From: Vicinamibacterales bacterium | GTDB lineage: Bacteria > Acidobacteriota > Vicinamibacteria > Vicinamibacterales > 2-12-FULL-66-21 | DNA length: 64,000 nt | Direction: 5' to 3' | NCBI GenBank assembly: GCA_038320555.1 | Contig: JBBQEJ010000006.1 | Location: forward strand, 223-64,222 | Shown: positions 41,109 through 51,789 of the stretch, piece by piece | Position numbering within the stretch: the stretch's first letter is position 1 | Layout: every line of letters begins with the position of its first letter | Program-made: the position numbers and the translations under genes | The notes under the pieces: model-generated | Seen by the model: the letters and a program-made list of their open reading frames with translations, nothing else | Databases searched by the model: none | Told to the model about the DNA's origin: nothing

Positions 41109-42778
41109 TACCGCGTGAGCTTTCGGTATTTGATTCGATGCGGCTGGTCCGCTTCGGCGCCGAGCCTCCGGTGCCGATCGGCTTCGTAGTCCTGATAATT
41201 TCCTTCGAACCAGACGACCTTGCTGTCCCCCTCGAAGGCGAGCATGTGCGTCGCGATGCGATCAAGGAACCAGCGGTCGTGGCTGATCACGACCGCACAT
41301 CCCGCAAACGACAGCAGCGCTTCCTCGAGCGCCCGCAGCGTGTCGACGTCGAGGTCGTTGGTCGGCTCGTCGAGGAGCAGGAGGTTCGAACCTCCTTTGA
41401 GGAGCTTGGCGAGGTGGACGCGATTGCGTTCCCCGCCTGACAGCGCCCCGACCTTTCGCTGCTGATCGCGTCCCTTGAAATTGAACCAGGAGACATAGGC
41501 GCGCGAGGCGACCTCCCGCTTCCCCAGCTCGACGTTGTCGCGACCGTCCGTAATCTCTTCCCATACGCTTTTTTCCGGCGACAACGCGTCCCGCGACTGA
41601 TCGACGTAGCCGACCTGCACGGTGTCGCCAAGCCGCAGCGTCCCGGCATCGGGCTGCTCCTTGCCCGTAATCATCCGGGACAACGTCGTCTTCCCCGCGC
41701 CGTTCGGACCGATCACGCCGACAATGCCGCCGCGCGGAAGCGTGAAGTTGACGTCGTCCATCAGGAGCACGTCACCGTAGCCCTTTCGGAGGCCTCGCGC
41801 TTCGACGACGATGTCGCCCAGGCGTGGCCCCGGAGGGATGTAGATTTCAACCTGCTCGATCTTCTGCGCCGTCTCTTCTTTCAACAGATCTTCGTAGGCG
41901 TTGAGGCGGGCCTTGCCCTTGGCCTGCCGTGCGCGCGGAGACATGCGGATCCAGTCGAGCTCCCGCGCGAGCGTGCGCTGCCTCTTGGTCTCGCTCTTCT
42001 CCTCGATCTCGAGCCTCTTCTGCTTCTGTTCGAGCCAGGACGAATAATTGCCTTCCCACGGAATCCCAGAGCCCCGATCGAGCTCGAGGATCCAGCCCGC
42101 GACGTTGTCGAGGAAGTAGCGATCGTGGGTAACAGCGACGACCGTGCCCGGATAGTCCTTCAGGAACCGTTCCAGCCAGGCAACGGACTCGGCATCAAGA
42201 TGATTCGTCGGCTCGTCGAGCAACAACAGATCCGGAGACTTGAGGAGCAGGCGGCACAGCGCGACCCGGCGCCGCTCGCCGCCGGAAAGCGTCGACACGT
42301 CGGCATCGGCCGGCGGCAGGCGCAAGGCGTCCATAGCCAGTTCCAGGCGCGAGTCGAGATCCCACCCGTTTGCGGCCTCAATCCGATCCTGGACCTTGCC
42401 CTGCTCCTCCAGGATCCTGTCCATCTCTTTCGCCGGCAGGTCCTCACCGAATTTCGCGTTGATCTCGTCGTACCGCGTCAGCAGGGCCTTGATCTCGGCG
42501 ACCCCCTCCTCGACGTTGCCGAGGACGGTCTTCGCGGGATCGAGCCGCGGCTCCTGCGGGAGGAATCCGACGGTGGTCCCTTCAGCCGGCCATGCTTCCC
42601 CGATGAACTGCTGTTCCTCGCCTGCCATGATGCGCAGCAGGGTGCTCTTGCCCGAGCCGTTGAGGCCGAGCACGCCAATCTTCGCTCCGGGCAGAAACGA
42701 CAGCCAGATGTCTTTGAGGACAACGTGGTCGGGAAGGTGGACCTTCCCGAGCCCTTTCATGGTGTAGATGAACTGCAT
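41108..42778 (-). CDS. ettA: Energy-dependent translational throttle protein EttA (ABC-F)
   Basis: It begins [16 protein letters not shown]...[21 protein letters not shown] and has two ABC cassettes with [16 protein letters not shown]. Confidence 0.95.
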   Translation of the reverse strand: MQFIYTMKGLGKVHLPDHVVLKDIWLSFLPGAKIGVLGLNGSGKSTLLRIMAGEEQQFIGEAWPAEGTTVGFLPQEPRLDPAKTVLGNVEEGVAEIKALLTRYDEINAKFGEDLPAKEMDRILEEQGKVQDRIEAANGWDLDSRLELAMDALRLPPADADVSTLSGGERRRVALCRLLLKSPDLLLLDEPTNHLDAESVAWLERFLKDYPGTVVAVTHDRYFLDNVAGWILELDRGSGIPWEGNYSSWLEQKQKRLEIEEKSETKRQRTLARELDWIRMSPRARQAKGKARLNAYEDLLKEETAQKIEQVEIYIPPGPRLGDIVVEARGLRKGYGDVLLMDDVNFTLPRGGIVGVIGPNGAGKTTLSRMITGKEQPDAGTLRLGDTVQVGYVDQSRDALSPEKSVWEEITDGRDNVELGKREVASRAYVSWFNFKGRDQQRKVGALSGGERNRVHLAKLLKGGSNLLLLDEPTNDLDVDTLRALEEALLSFAGCAVVISHDRWFLDRIATHMLAFEGDSKVVWFEGNYQDYEADRHRRLGAEADQPHRIKYRKLTR

Positions 42779-42780
42779 CG

Positions 42781-42875
<95 letters not shown>

Positions 42876-42878
42876 AGT

Positions 42879-44819
42879 TTACAGCGCCGAATCCCGACGC
42901 ACGGGTACCGCTACCGCCGCCGTGGGAAGCTCCGGGGTGAAATCCTCCCCGGGATTGATGAACCGGTCCGCCTCGAGACTGTACTGTTTGTCGTACAGGG
43001 TCCGATACCGGCCCCCGAGCGCGATGAGCTCGGCGTGAGTACCGCGCTCCACGATCTCGCCGTGCTCGATCACCAGAATCTGGTCTGCGCTGCGAATGGT
43101 CGAGAGCCGATGCGCGATGACAAATGTCGTGCGGCCGGCGCGCAGCGAGCGGAGTCCGTCCTGAATGAGCGCTTCGCTCTCGCTGTCCAGGCTCGACGTG
43201 GCCTCGTCGAGGACCAACACGCGCGGGTCCGCCAGGATGGCGCGCGCGATCGCCACACGCTGCCGCTGGCCGCCAGAGAGCTTCACACCGCGCTCGCCGA
43301 CGACGGTGTCGTACTTCTTCTCGAAACCCTCGATGAACTCGTCGGCATGCGCAATGCGGCTGACCTCGCGGATCTCCTCCATCGTGGCGTGCTTGCGGCC
43401 GTACCGGATGTTGTCCCCGACCGTGCCGTCGAACAGAAAGTTGTCCTGGAGCACGACGCCGAGCTGCGAGCGATAATCGCGCAGCCGCACCGTCGACAGA
43501 TCGCGCCTGTCGACGAGAATGCGCCCGCTCATCGGCCGGTTGAACGCCATCACGAGGCTGATGAGCGTGCTCTTCCCCGACCCGCTGGACCCGACGAGCG
43601 CGGTGGTGGTCCCGGCCGGGGCTTCGAAGCTGACGTGCTTGAGTACGGGCACTCCCGCGGTGTACTCGAAGGTGACGTCGTCGAACACGATTGCGCCGTC
43701 CACGCTCGACAGCGGCTGGCGCGTGTTGTCCTCGTCGTCTTCCGTCGGCATGGTCATCAGATCGTGGATGCGGTCGAGGCCGGCGAACGCCTCGCTGATC
43801 TGCGTGCCGATCGCGGCAATCTGCACGACGGGTGCGGCCATGAGTCCGGTGAAGAAGATGTAGGTAATGAACTCGCCGAGCGTCATCTGTCCCGCGAGGA
43901 TGGCGCGGCCGCCGACGACGATCATGATGACGCCGATGACGCCCACGACGACCGTGGAGAACGCCGTGATCGACGACACGCCGGTAATCGACCGCGCGAT
44001 GTTGCGAAACAGCCGGTTGACGCCCTTCGTGAAGACGAGCTCTTCGCGCTTTTCCGCGGTATAGGTCTTCACGATACGGATGCCGCCGAGCGTTTCGTTC
44101 AGCCGGCCGGTCACCTCGGCGTTGATCTTCCCCCGCTCCCGGAAGAGCGGCCTGAGCCGCTTGAACGCGAGCGCCATCGCGCCGCCAAACGCCATGAGCG
44201 CAAGCAAGGTGACCGAGGTCAGCCACCAGTTCAGGTAAAAGAGGTAGGCCAGCGCGGCGAGCGCCGTCACGACGCTGCCCGTCAGCTGGACGAGGCCGGT
44301 GCCGACGAGATTCCTGATGCCTTCGGCGTCCGTCATGATCCGCGAGATCAGAACGCCGGACTGGGTCGAGTCGAAATAGCTGACCGGCAATCGCGCGACG
44401 TGCGCTTCCACGCGGCGGCGCATCTCCGTAATGGCGCGTTGCGCGGCAACGCCGAGCACCTGCGACAACGCGAACGACGTCACCGCCTGGACGACGGTGG
44501 CCGCACCCGCCGCCAGCGCCAGGGGCATCAGCAGGTCGGCGCGCCCCTTCCCGATCACGTCGTCGATCAGATACTTCGACGTCGCGGGCAGGACCAGTCC
44601 TGAGAGCCTGTTGACGAGCATCAGCGCGAGCCCGAGCGACAGGCGGCCTCGTCGCGCCCAGATGAGCCTCTTCGCCTCCTGCCAGGCGGCGGAGGTCATC
44701 TTTTTCTTCTTTTTCTTCGACGACGGATCGTCCGTGTCAGTCGTCGTGGCGCCGCGGTCGTGGCGTTGATTTCGCGTGCGTTCGGATTTCGGGAGCCGTA
44801 GCCCCATGCCCATGGCCAT
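42879..44819 (-). CDS. ABC exporter, fused permease/ATPase (MsbA/ABCB-like)
   Basis: It has six TM segments, Walker A GSSGSGKST, signature LSGGQRQR and Walker B VLVLDEATS. The N-terminus carries a KKKKKK run, and ATG 44699 is an alternative start. Confidence 0.9.
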   Translation of the reverse strand: MAMGMGLRLPKSERTRNQRHDRGATTTDTDDPSSKKKKKKMTSAAWQEAKRLIWARRGRLSLGLALMLVNRLSGLVLPATSKYLIDDVIGKGRADLLMPLALAAGAATVVQAVTSFALSQVLGVAAQRAITEMRRRVEAHVARLPVSYFDSTQSGVLISRIMTDAEGIRNLVGTGLVQLTGSVVTALAALAYLFYLNWWLTSVTLLALMAFGGAMALAFKRLRPLFRERGKINAEVTGRLNETLGGIRIVKTYTAEKREELVFTKGVNRLFRNIARSITGVSSITAFSTVVVGVIGVIMIVVGGRAILAGQMTLGEFITYIFFTGLMAAPVVQIAAIGTQISEAFAGLDRIHDLMTMPTEDDEDNTRQPLSSVDGAIVFDDVTFEYTAGVPVLKHVSFEAPAGTTTALVGSSGSGKSTLISLVMAFNRPMSGRILVDRRDLSTVRLRDYRSQLGVVLQDNFLFDGTVGDNIRYGRKHATMEEIREVSRIAHADEFIEGFEKKYDTVVGERGVKLSGGQRQRVAIARAILADPRVLVLDEATSSLDSESEALIQDGLRSLRAGRTTFVIAHRLSTIRSADQILVIEHGEIVERGTHAELIALGGRYRTLYDKQYSLEADRFINPGEDFTPELPTAAVAVPVRRDSAL

Positions 44820-44836
44820 TATCTATGGTATGACCG

Positions 44837-44873
44837 TTTGTCCCTTTTTCCCTTTCCCTTTTGCCTTTTCCCG
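44837..44873. repeat. Heptamer array TTTGTCC CTTTTTC CCTTTCC CTTTTGC CTTTTCC (complement of the AAAAGGG family)
   Basis: Read directly. It lies between the TonB-receptor stop and the ABC exporter start. Confidence 0.75.
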
Positions 44874-44881
44874 TGGGCCTT

Positions 44882-47077
44882 TCAAAACTGCACGCGAAGC
44901 TCTCCAACCACCTGCCGCTTCGTGATGTCGCCGAAGACGTGTTGCTGCACGACCTCATTGCCGAGGTTTGTCGCCTTGATCGAGGTCGTCAGCTTGTCGT
45001 TCTTGATCCACTTGACGCCGAATCCTGCGTTCACAATCGTATATGCCTTCGTGGTCCCGTGGTACGAATCGCCCAGCACATCCTGCCAGAACGCGCTGTC
45101 GGTATAACCCACCGAGAAGTTGCCGAGAACGCGTTCGTGGTCGAACGACAGACCGGCATTGAAACGGTTCTTGGACGGGAGGTTCAGCTCACTGAGAGGA
45201 AAGTCCTTGGGGTCGGGCGTCGCTTGGTACGTGTAATTGCTGAAGGCGTGGACGTAGCGATTGATCGGGCTGTCGATCCCCAGCTCGAACCCTTTCTGCG
45301 TGCTTCTGCCGAAATTCTGGTAGGTGAATCGTCCGGGCAGGACGCTGCCCCGCGCGGCGATGACGTCGATGAAGACCGCCGGCAACGGCCAGTTGGCCGG
45401 TGGATGGGCCGTCGTATAGCGGCCGGCCGGATCTTCCGTGAACAGAATCTCGTTCTTGACTTTGTTCACGTAGAAGGCCGCCGAGACGATCGCTCGATTG
45501 GGGAGCATCCCCGAGTACCCGATCTCGTACGCGTCGAGCGACTGCTCTTTCAGGTCCGGGTTGCCGACGATGTTCACTGGCAGCGGGTATGTGGCCGGAC
45601 CGCCGAGGGCCCTGAGGTCCACGGGTTGCGCGATGACGGTTTGCAGCCAGTTGTTGATGACTGACGGCGCACGGTACGCGCGATTGAACGACAGGCGCAC
45701 GGTCTGCTGCGGGGTCGGCTTGATCATGAGGGTCGTGCGGGGCGAAAAGACGAAATTATTCAGGTAGTCGAACCGGTCGACCCGCGCGCCGAGCGACCAG
45801 CGGAAGTACTTCGAGAGAAAGATCTCGTCCTGCGCGTAGACGCCGAACTCCACACGATTGTCTGCCTGCGGCGCGATCTCGAGATCGAACTGGTTGAAAC
45901 GAAGGTTCGCGCCGTAATTGAGCGCGTGATGGGTGCCGAACGTGTTCACGTTCGACGCCTCAAAATCGTAGGTCTTCGTATCGAATGCGAACGTAATGGG
46001 GTTCCCTGTGAGGGGATTGCGCGCGAGCAGGTTGTCCGCGTCGCCGTGCAGAATGTTCGTGAAGGCTGTTGCGCGCAGGGCCTTCTTCGAATAGTTGGCC
46101 TTCGCGTAGCCCATCACGGTGCCGCTCTTGATGTCGAACGGCCCGATGCCGGAGTGCATCATGCCGTCGGTGCCGGACACACCGCCGGAGAACGACAGTT
46201 TCCCGCCGTCCGCATTGTCGTAATCCACGCGCGTGTCGAACTTGGGCTGGGTCGTCCCGCTATTGACATAGGGCGGGTACGACGCGCGCGCGGCGGCGCA
46301 GACGGCCGGCCGGTCACAGGGAATCTCGCCTGTCGGCCTCGACAGCGGGTCCTGCGAATATCCGCCTGCCGACAGCTTGAACGCCCAGCGATCGTTGATC
46401 GCCTGCGCGTGCGTGCCGCTGACGTACCAAAGGGAGCCCGAGCTTTCACCGTTGGCGCGCTCGAAGGCGCCCAGCCCGAACGTGGCGCTCGTGCCCTGCA
46501 TCTCGCGCGGAGATTTTGTGATGACGTTGACCACGCCGTAGAGGGCGTTGGCGCCCCAGACCGCGGAGGCCGGCCCGCGGATGACCTCAATCTGTTTGAC
46601 CTCGTTCAGGTTGACCGGAAGAAAGTCCCACATCACGAACCCGAACATGTCCTGATAGAGGCTGCGCCCGTCGAGCAGCGCGAGAAGCCCCGTGGCCAGG
46701 GTGCCGGTGGCGGCACGGCTCGTCACGTTGATGTCGCGCGCGGAGACCTGGGTGAGATTCAAACCGGGAACCGTGCGAAGCAGTTCAGCGAAATTCTGCG
46801 ATGTCGCATTCTTGATCGCGTCAGCCGTGATGACCGTCATGGTCGCCGGTGCGTCGGTCAGTGTTTCCTCCGTCTTCGAGGCGCTCACGACCACCGTCTC
46901 CTCGTACTTCGGTTCCGGCTCCGCGGGCTTCTGGCCCGGCGGCTGGGCCGCGGGTGGCGGCGCGGACGGCTGTTGCGCCGCCGGCGGTGCGGTCGCCTGC
47001 GGCGCCGCCGCAAACGAGGGGGCCGCCGCGACGGCAGCGACGGTCGCCAGCACGGCGACGCGACAGACCGATTTCAT
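44882..47077 (-). CDS. TonB-dependent receptor
   Basis: ORF 44882..47146. The start is ATG 47077, preceded by AAGGAG. It has a signal peptide, a Pro/Ala linker, a plug (AELLRTVPGLNLTQVSARDINVTSRA) and a terminal ...ELRVQF. Confidence 0.9.
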   Translation of the reverse strand: MKSVCRVAVLATVAAVAAAPSFAAAPQATAPPAAQQPSAPPPAAQPPGQKPAEPEPKYEETVVVSASKTEETLTDAPATMTVITADAIKNATSQNFAELLRTVPGLNLTQVSARDINVTSRAATGTLATGLLALLDGRSLYQDMFGFVMWDFLPVNLNEVKQIEVIRGPASAVWGANALYGVVNVITKSPREMQGTSATFGLGAFERANGESSGSLWYVSGTHAQAINDRWAFKLSAGGYSQDPLSRPTGEIPCDRPAVCAAARASYPPYVNSGTTQPKFDTRVDYDNADGGKLSFSGGVSGTDGMMHSGIGPFDIKSGTVMGYAKANYSKKALRATAFTNILHGDADNLLARNPLTGNPITFAFDTKTYDFEASNVNTFGTHHALNYGANLRFNQFDLEIAPQADNRVEFGVYAQDEIFLSKYFRWSLGARVDRFDYLNNFVFSPRTTLMIKPTPQQTVRLSFNRAYRAPSVINNWLQTVIAQPVDLRALGGPATYPLPVNIVGNPDLKEQSLDAYEIGYSGMLPNRAIVSAAFYVNKVKNEILFTEDPAGRYTTAHPPANWPLPAVFIDVIAARGSVLPGRFTYQNFGRSTQKGFELGIDSPINRYVHAFSNYTYQATPDPKDFPLSELNLPSKNRFNAGLSFDHERVLGNFSVGYTDSAFWQDVLGDSYHGTTKAYTIVNAGFGVKWIKNDKLTTSIKATNLGNEVVQQHVFGDITKRQVVGELRVQF

Positions 47078-47308
47078 ACACGCTCCTTTGAATTCGGGGG
47101 CCAACGCGGATCGCACCTGACGACACTCTCCACGGCTCGAACGCATGCGAGCAGAGTAGCGGACCGCGAGTGAGAAGTCGTGAACAAACAGTGAAGAAAC
47201 ACTGCCGGTTCAGCAGCCGGCCTATGGTGCTGGGTCTTGGGGATATACCACAGGCCGGAAAGGGGTTCAAGGCTGCTAGACTCAGGGGCTGAAGCGATTC
47301 CCATCCTG

Positions 47309-48361
47309 ATGACTGTTGAATCCCCTACCCGTGCCGCCGCTCCCCTCCCGCCCGACGAATGGGCCTCATGGCCGGACGACAAGTTGCTCGACTTGCGCAT
47401 CTCCCAGCTGGGGGTGACGATCGAAGAGAGCGTCCTGGAATCGCGCATCACTGAACTCCAGCGCGAGCTCGATGCCCGCGGCCTCGCATTTCAACCGCAC
47501 TTCTGGTTATCGGCCGAATGGTTCTCGCCCGATGGGGTGCCGGGTGTCGCGATCCCGTTCTACCTCGCGCATCCGCGGCTCGAGAAGCTCGAACGGGCGC
47601 AGATGCTCGAGGTCGAGGGAGGGAATGAAGCCTGGTGCATGAAGATCCTGCGTCACGAAGCAGGCCACGCGATCGACAACGCGTACAAGTTGCGACAGCG
47701 ACGCCGCCGTCAGCAGCTGTTCGGACCGTCCTACATGCAGTATCCCGACTATTACACGCCAAAGCCGTACAGCAAGAGTTTCGTCCTTCACCTCGACAGC
47801 TGGTACGCGCAGAGCCATCCTGATGAAGATCTCGCGGAGACTTTCGCGGTGTGGCTGGCGCCGGAATCGGATTGGCGCGCGCGGTACAAGGGCTGGCCCG
47901 CGCTCAAGAAGCTGGAGTACGTCGAGGCGTTGATGCGCGAGCTTTCCGGCAAACCGATGCTCGTGCAGACCCGGCGAAAAGTGGAACCGCTGCACAGCCT
48001 GCGGAAGACTCTCCGGGCGCACTACGAGCGCAAGCGCCGGCACTACGGCATCGAGCATCCGCATTTCTACGATCGGGACTTGAACCGTCTCTTTTCGGAT
48101 CGACCCGAGTTCGCGACCAACATGAAGGCGGCACGCTTCATCGCGCAGGTTCGAAAAGAGGTCCGGCGCATGGTCGCGGCCGGCACGGGAGAGTATCAGT
48201 ACACCATCGACCAGGTGCTCGAAAATATGATCAAGCGCGCCAACGAAATGAACCTGCGCGTAAAGGGATCAGAGGATCAAACCAAGCTGGATTTCACCAT
48301 CATGCTCACCGTGCAGACGATGAACTACCTGCACAGTGGCAGGCACCGGGTCGCCCTCTGA
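47309..48361 (+). CDS. Putative zinc-binding metallopeptidase (Peptidase_Mx-like)
   Basis: It has HExxH in ILRHEAGHAIDNAY and FYLAHPRLEKLE. ATG 47309 lies within ORF 47237..48361. Confidence 0.6.
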   Translation: MTVESPTRAAAPLPPDEWASWPDDKLLDLRISQLGVTIEESVLESRITELQRELDARGLAFQPHFWLSAEWFSPDGVPGVAIPFYLAHPRLEKLERAQMLEVEGGNEAWCMKILRHEAGHAIDNAYKLRQRRRRQQLFGPSYMQYPDYYTPKPYSKSFVLHLDSWYAQSHPDEDLAETFAVWLAPESDWRARYKGWPALKKLEYVEALMRELSGKPMLVQTRRKVEPLHSLRKTLRAHYERKRRHYGIEHPHFYDRDLNRLFSDRPEFATNMKAARFIAQVRKEVRRMVAAGTGEYQYTIDQVLENMIKRANEMNLRVKGSEDQTKLDFTIMLTVQTMNYLHSGRHRVAL

Positions 48362-48422
48362 ACACCTCGAACGGTGCGCCCGTGAATCCCGTTCGCGATT
48401 GGAGGGCACTACAATAGTCTCC

Positions 48423-49820
48423 ATGCTCGAGTTCTCGCGTGCAGGTGTGCTCATCGCGCTGCTCCTCGCGCTCTTCTGTCCATTTTCCAGTCCTTCCGCA
48501 GCGCCTCCTGCGCCATCAGCATCGACGTCGTGGCTCGATCCCTATCGCGAGCCGGCGGCGCGGCTCGTCGGCGAAGCCCTGTCGAGCTCATTCGCCTGGG
48601 ATCGACTGGCATTGATCGGAGACACGTTCGGCAATCGCCTGAGCGGATCGCAGGCCTTGGAGGACGCGATTCAGTGGGCGCTGGCGGAGATGAAGAAGGA
48701 CGGGCTCGACAACGTTCACACCGAGCCGGTGAAAGTCCCGCACTGGATACGAGGCCGCGAGAGCGTCGAGCTCACCTCTCCTCGGCCGATGCCGCTGGTG
48801 ATGCTGGGCCTGGGCAACAGCATCGGCACACCCGCGGAGGGCATTGAGGCAGACGTCCTCGTCGTCCGCAATTTCGAGGAGCTCGATGCGGCCGCCGATC
48901 GGGTCAGGGGCCGTATCGTCCTCTATAACGTGCCGTTTACGAACTACGGCGAGACCGTGCTGTTCCGCAGCACCGGTCCCTCGCGCGCTGCGGCCATGGG
49001 TGCGGTCGCCGCGCTCGTTCGGTCGGTGGGGCCGCCGGGATTGCGGTTGGCACACACGGGCGCGCTTCGATATGCGGAAGGCGCCCCCCAGATTCCGGCC
49101 GCGGCCATCACCGCCGAGGACGCCGACCGCCTGCAACGCATGGAGGATCGGGGGACGCGGGTGCGTGTTCGGTTGAAGATGGAGGCGAAGTTCCTTCCGG
49201 ACGCCGATTCCTTCAACGTCGTCGGCGAGCTGCGCGGGCGGGAAAAACCCGACGAAGTTGTCGTCGTGGGCGGCCACTTCGACTCCTGGGACGTCGGAAC
49301 CGGCTCGACCGACGATGGGGGCGGATGCGTAGTGACGTGGGAGGCGCTGCGCATCATGAAAAAGCTGAACCTGCGGCCCCGCCGCACGCTGCGCGTCGTG
49401 TTGTGGACCAATGAGGAGAACGGCACGCGAGGGGCCGTCGCCTATCGCGACCGCTACAAGGATCAACTCGCGAGCCACGTGCTGATGCTGGAGTCTGATT
49501 CAGGCGTCTTTCGCCCGACGGGATTCGGATTCACGGGCAGCGAGACGGCGCGGGCGACGGTCAGAGAGATCGCGACGCTGCTGCGCGGCATCCAGGCGGA
49601 CCGCATCAGCGCGGCCGGTGAGGGCGCCGACATCGGGCCGAGCGTGCAGGCCGGAAACATCCCGGCCATGTCGCTCGACGTGGATGGCAACTACTTTCTG
49701 ATTCACCACACGCAGGCCGACACCATCGACAAGATCGATCCGATGGACATGTCGCGAGCGGCGGCCGCCATTGCTGTCGTGACCTACGTGATTGCCGAGA
49801 TGCCGGACAGATTGAAGTGA
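48423..49820 (+). CDS. Exported M28-family aminopeptidase
   Basis: ATG 48423 (MLEFSRAGVLIALLLALF...). It has GGHFDSWDVGTGSTDDGGG and WTNEENGTRG. Confidence 0.8.
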   Translation: MLEFSRAGVLIALLLALFCPFSSPSAAPPAPSASTSWLDPYREPAARLVGEALSSSFAWDRLALIGDTFGNRLSGSQALEDAIQWALAEMKKDGLDNVHTEPVKVPHWIRGRESVELTSPRPMPLVMLGLGNSIGTPAEGIEADVLVVRNFEELDAAADRVRGRIVLYNVPFTNYGETVLFRSTGPSRAAAMGAVAALVRSVGPPGLRLAHTGALRYAEGAPQIPAAAITAEDADRLQRMEDRGTRVRVRLKMEAKFLPDADSFNVVGELRGREKPDEVVVVGGHFDSWDVGTGSTDDGGGCVVTWEALRIMKKLNLRPRRTLRVVLWTNEENGTRGAVAYRDRYKDQLASHVLMLESDSGVFRPTGFGFTGSETARATVREIATLLRGIQADRISAAGEGADIGPSVQAGNIPAMSLDVDGNYFLIHHTQADTIDKIDPMDMSRAAAAIAVVTYVIAEMPDRLK

Positions 49821-49838
49821 GATGAGAGTGGCAAGTAA

Positions 49839-49916
49839 GCAGTTTCCGGTTTCCAGTTCCCAGTGCGGTTGAACAAAGACCTGGAGACAGAAACTGGCAA
49901 CTGGCAACTGGCAACT
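49839..49916. repeat. Imperfect inverted repeat of CCAGTT-type heptamers (left) and AACTGGC x3 (right)
   Basis: Sequence gcagtttccggtttccagttcccagt ... agaaactggcaactggcaactggcaact. It lies in the convergent M28/ChaN spacer. The right arm is the complement of the 13842 array unit. Confidence 0.75.
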
Positions 49917-50867
49917 TCACTTAACGGTGTACACCAGATAATCCGCGCGCTTCAAATCGTCGCCGGCGGGGGTGATGTCATCGAGGTTCTCGACCGGCAC
50001 CAGCGAGACGATGGCAACGCGGCGTCCGAGCAGCCGGCGCCGCACGCGTTCAACCGTGCCGGCGCCGAAGTCGCTGTGGAAGGCGCCCGTGACGTGGACG
50101 ATCACTCCCGGCCGTCCTTCCTGCTTCGCGAACGCGGCCGCGATGGATTCGGCCATCGTTTCGTCCTTGACGCATTGGGCCCAGAAATACCGCTCAGTGC
50201 TGGAATCACCAGCTGCTCCTGACCCACCGGCCGAATGGCCGCCCATCTGTTCCGCGAACCTGTCGAAGTAATTATCGTGCGGGCACTGCAGGTCGTTCGC
50301 CGCGAGACGTCGATCCGCAGCGGACAGCGAATCGACAGCCGGCCGCCCCGACCCGGCGATGTCCGAGGCAATCCGGCGCGGGACGTTTGCCGCCACAATG
50401 GGCCAACGCTGAGTCTTCGCGAATTCAACCAGCGGCCGGTAGTCGGTCGCGTATCGCGGCCACGGACGCGCACCCTTCAGAAACTCGTCCTCGGCCGACG
50501 TTCCACTCACGTAGGTATCGAGCGTCGGCTGGACGTCGCGCTCGAACATCTCGAGCGACAAGGTCACCGGCGCCCGCCTTCGGGCGAGGCCCTCGAGGAC
50601 GGCCGTCTCGAGACGATGCGTATTGGGATCGTCGTGCTGTTCGCCGAGCAGAACGACATCAGCGCGCGCGAGGTCGGCCTCCATCATCTCGAAATCGGTG
50701 AAGGCCTTGCGTTGGGTGTCGTACACGCGCTGGGGGACGTACCCGGACGGTGTGGGCGGAGGCGGCGTCGCGGCCTGCCAAATAGCCGAACGGGCGCCGG
50801 CTGAGGAATCGATGCCGACTCCCCCGCCAAGCGCCGTCAACGCGCACATCGTCAGAATGGTTTTCAC
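49917..50867 (-). CDS. ChaN-family (haem-binding/Tiki-like) exported protein
   Basis: It has VVLLGEQHDDPNTHRLE and a late TGAFH motif. It has a GTG start. Confidence 0.65.
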   Translation of the reverse strand: MKTILTMCALTALGGGVGIDSSAGARSAIWQAATPPPPTPSGYVPQRVYDTQRKAFTDFEMMEADLARADVVLLGEQHDDPNTHRLETAVLEGLARRRAPVTLSLEMFERDVQPTLDTYVSGTSAEDEFLKGARPWPRYATDYRPLVEFAKTQRWPIVAANVPRRIASDIAGSGRPAVDSLSAADRRLAANDLQCPHDNYFDRFAEQMGGHSAGGSGAAGDSSTERYFWAQCVKDETMAESIAAAFAKQEGRPGVIVHVTGAFHSDFGAGTVERVRRRLLGRRVAIVSLVPVENLDDITPAGDDLKRADYLVYTVK

Positions 50868-50901
50868 GTGACGTGTTTGCTCAGGACCGTTCCCAATCGT
50901 C

Positions 50902-51666
50902 TCACGAAGGGCCCGCAGGTGTCGCGTCGTCCTTCACATACGGGTCCCGAAGATGCACCGGCTTCGCTTTCGCGCGCACCCGGAGGTTGATCATCTCGAC
51001 GAACACGGAGAACCCCATGGCGAAGTAAATGTATCCCTTCGGAATGTGCTGTCCGAAGCCCTCGAGCAGCAGCGAGAGGCCGATCAGCAGCAGGAAGCTG
51101 AGCGCAAGCATCTTCACCGTCGGGTGCTTGTGTACGAAGGCGCTGATGGGTTCAGCGGCCACCATCATGATGCCGACCGACGCAATGACGGCCGTGATCA
51201 TCACCCACAGCTCGTCGACCATGCCGACGGCCGTAATGACCGAGTCGAGCGAAAACACGATGTCGAGCAGCATGATCTGCACGATCACGCGCAGGAACGA
51301 CGCCGCCACGCGGCTCGAGGCGTGGCCCTCTTCTCCTTCGAGCCCCTCGTGCATCTCGAACGTGCTCTTCGCCAGCAGGAACAGGCCGCCGCCGATGAGA
51401 ATCAGATCCCGTCCGGAAACCGGATGGCCGAGTGCCGTAAAGAGCGGCGCCGTCAGCTTGACGATCCACGCCAGCGAAAAGAGCAGCAGGACCCGGGTGA
51501 GCATGGCACCGAGCAGTCCGACACGCCGCGCCTTCGGCTGCTGGGCGGGCGGCAGTTTCCCGGAGAGAATCGAGATGAAGATGATGTTGTCGACGCCGAG
51601 GACGATTTCGAGGAACGTGAGCGTCGCGAGGGCAATCCAGATTTCGGGGTTCGTGATCCAGTCCAT
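50902..51666 (-). CDS. TerC-family integral membrane protein
   Basis: It has LEIVLGVDNIIFISIL and MLLDIVFSLDSVITAVG, the duplicated TerC motifs. Confidence 0.9.
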   Translation of the reverse strand: MDWITNPEIWIALATLTFLEIVLGVDNIIFISILSGKLPPAQQPKARRVGLLGAMLTRVLLLFSLAWIVKLTAPLFTALGHPVSGRDLILIGGGLFLLAKSTFEMHEGLEGEEGHASSRVAASFLRVIVQIMLLDIVFSLDSVITAVGMVDELWVMITAVIASVGIMMVAAEPISAFVHKHPTVKMLALSFLLLIGLSLLLEGFGQHIPKGYIYFAMGFSVFVEMINLRVRAKAKPVHLRDPYVKDDATPAGPS

Positions 51667-51789
51667 GTGCAGTTTCCGTCCTTAAACTGTGGCCCCACTC
51701 CAGATCGAAGGAGAAGGGGAGAACACATTCTGGTTTCCCAGCTCCGTTTCTTCTATTGGATCTTTCAGGGAATGCCGGGATCTCGCCGC

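Noticed and set aside
44699-44730. A-rich run encoding KKKKKK in the ABC exporter as a programmed frameshift or slippery site.
   Set aside because: The reading frame is continuous through the run and no alternative downstream frame makes sense. It is more likely just a basic N-terminal tail, or it lies upstream of the true start at 44699.
47078-47308. TPP- or cobalamin-riboswitch-like and SRP-RNA-like fragments (CTGAG...CCTTGAACC; CAGGCCGGAAAGG; GCCGG-N8-CCGGC) in the spacer upstream of the TonB-dependent receptor.
   Set aside because: Only short partial matches are present. The B12 box, the TPP ACCUGAUC...AGGGA core and the SRP domain IV arrangement are all absent, and no consistent secondary structure emerged by eye.
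51667-51789. Possible yybP-ykoY manganese riboswitch upstream of the TerC-family gene.
   Set aside because: The family association prompted a look, but the leader lacks the conserved GGGGAGUAG and GAGACC-type cores. Only a generic CCCC/GGGG hairpin is present.
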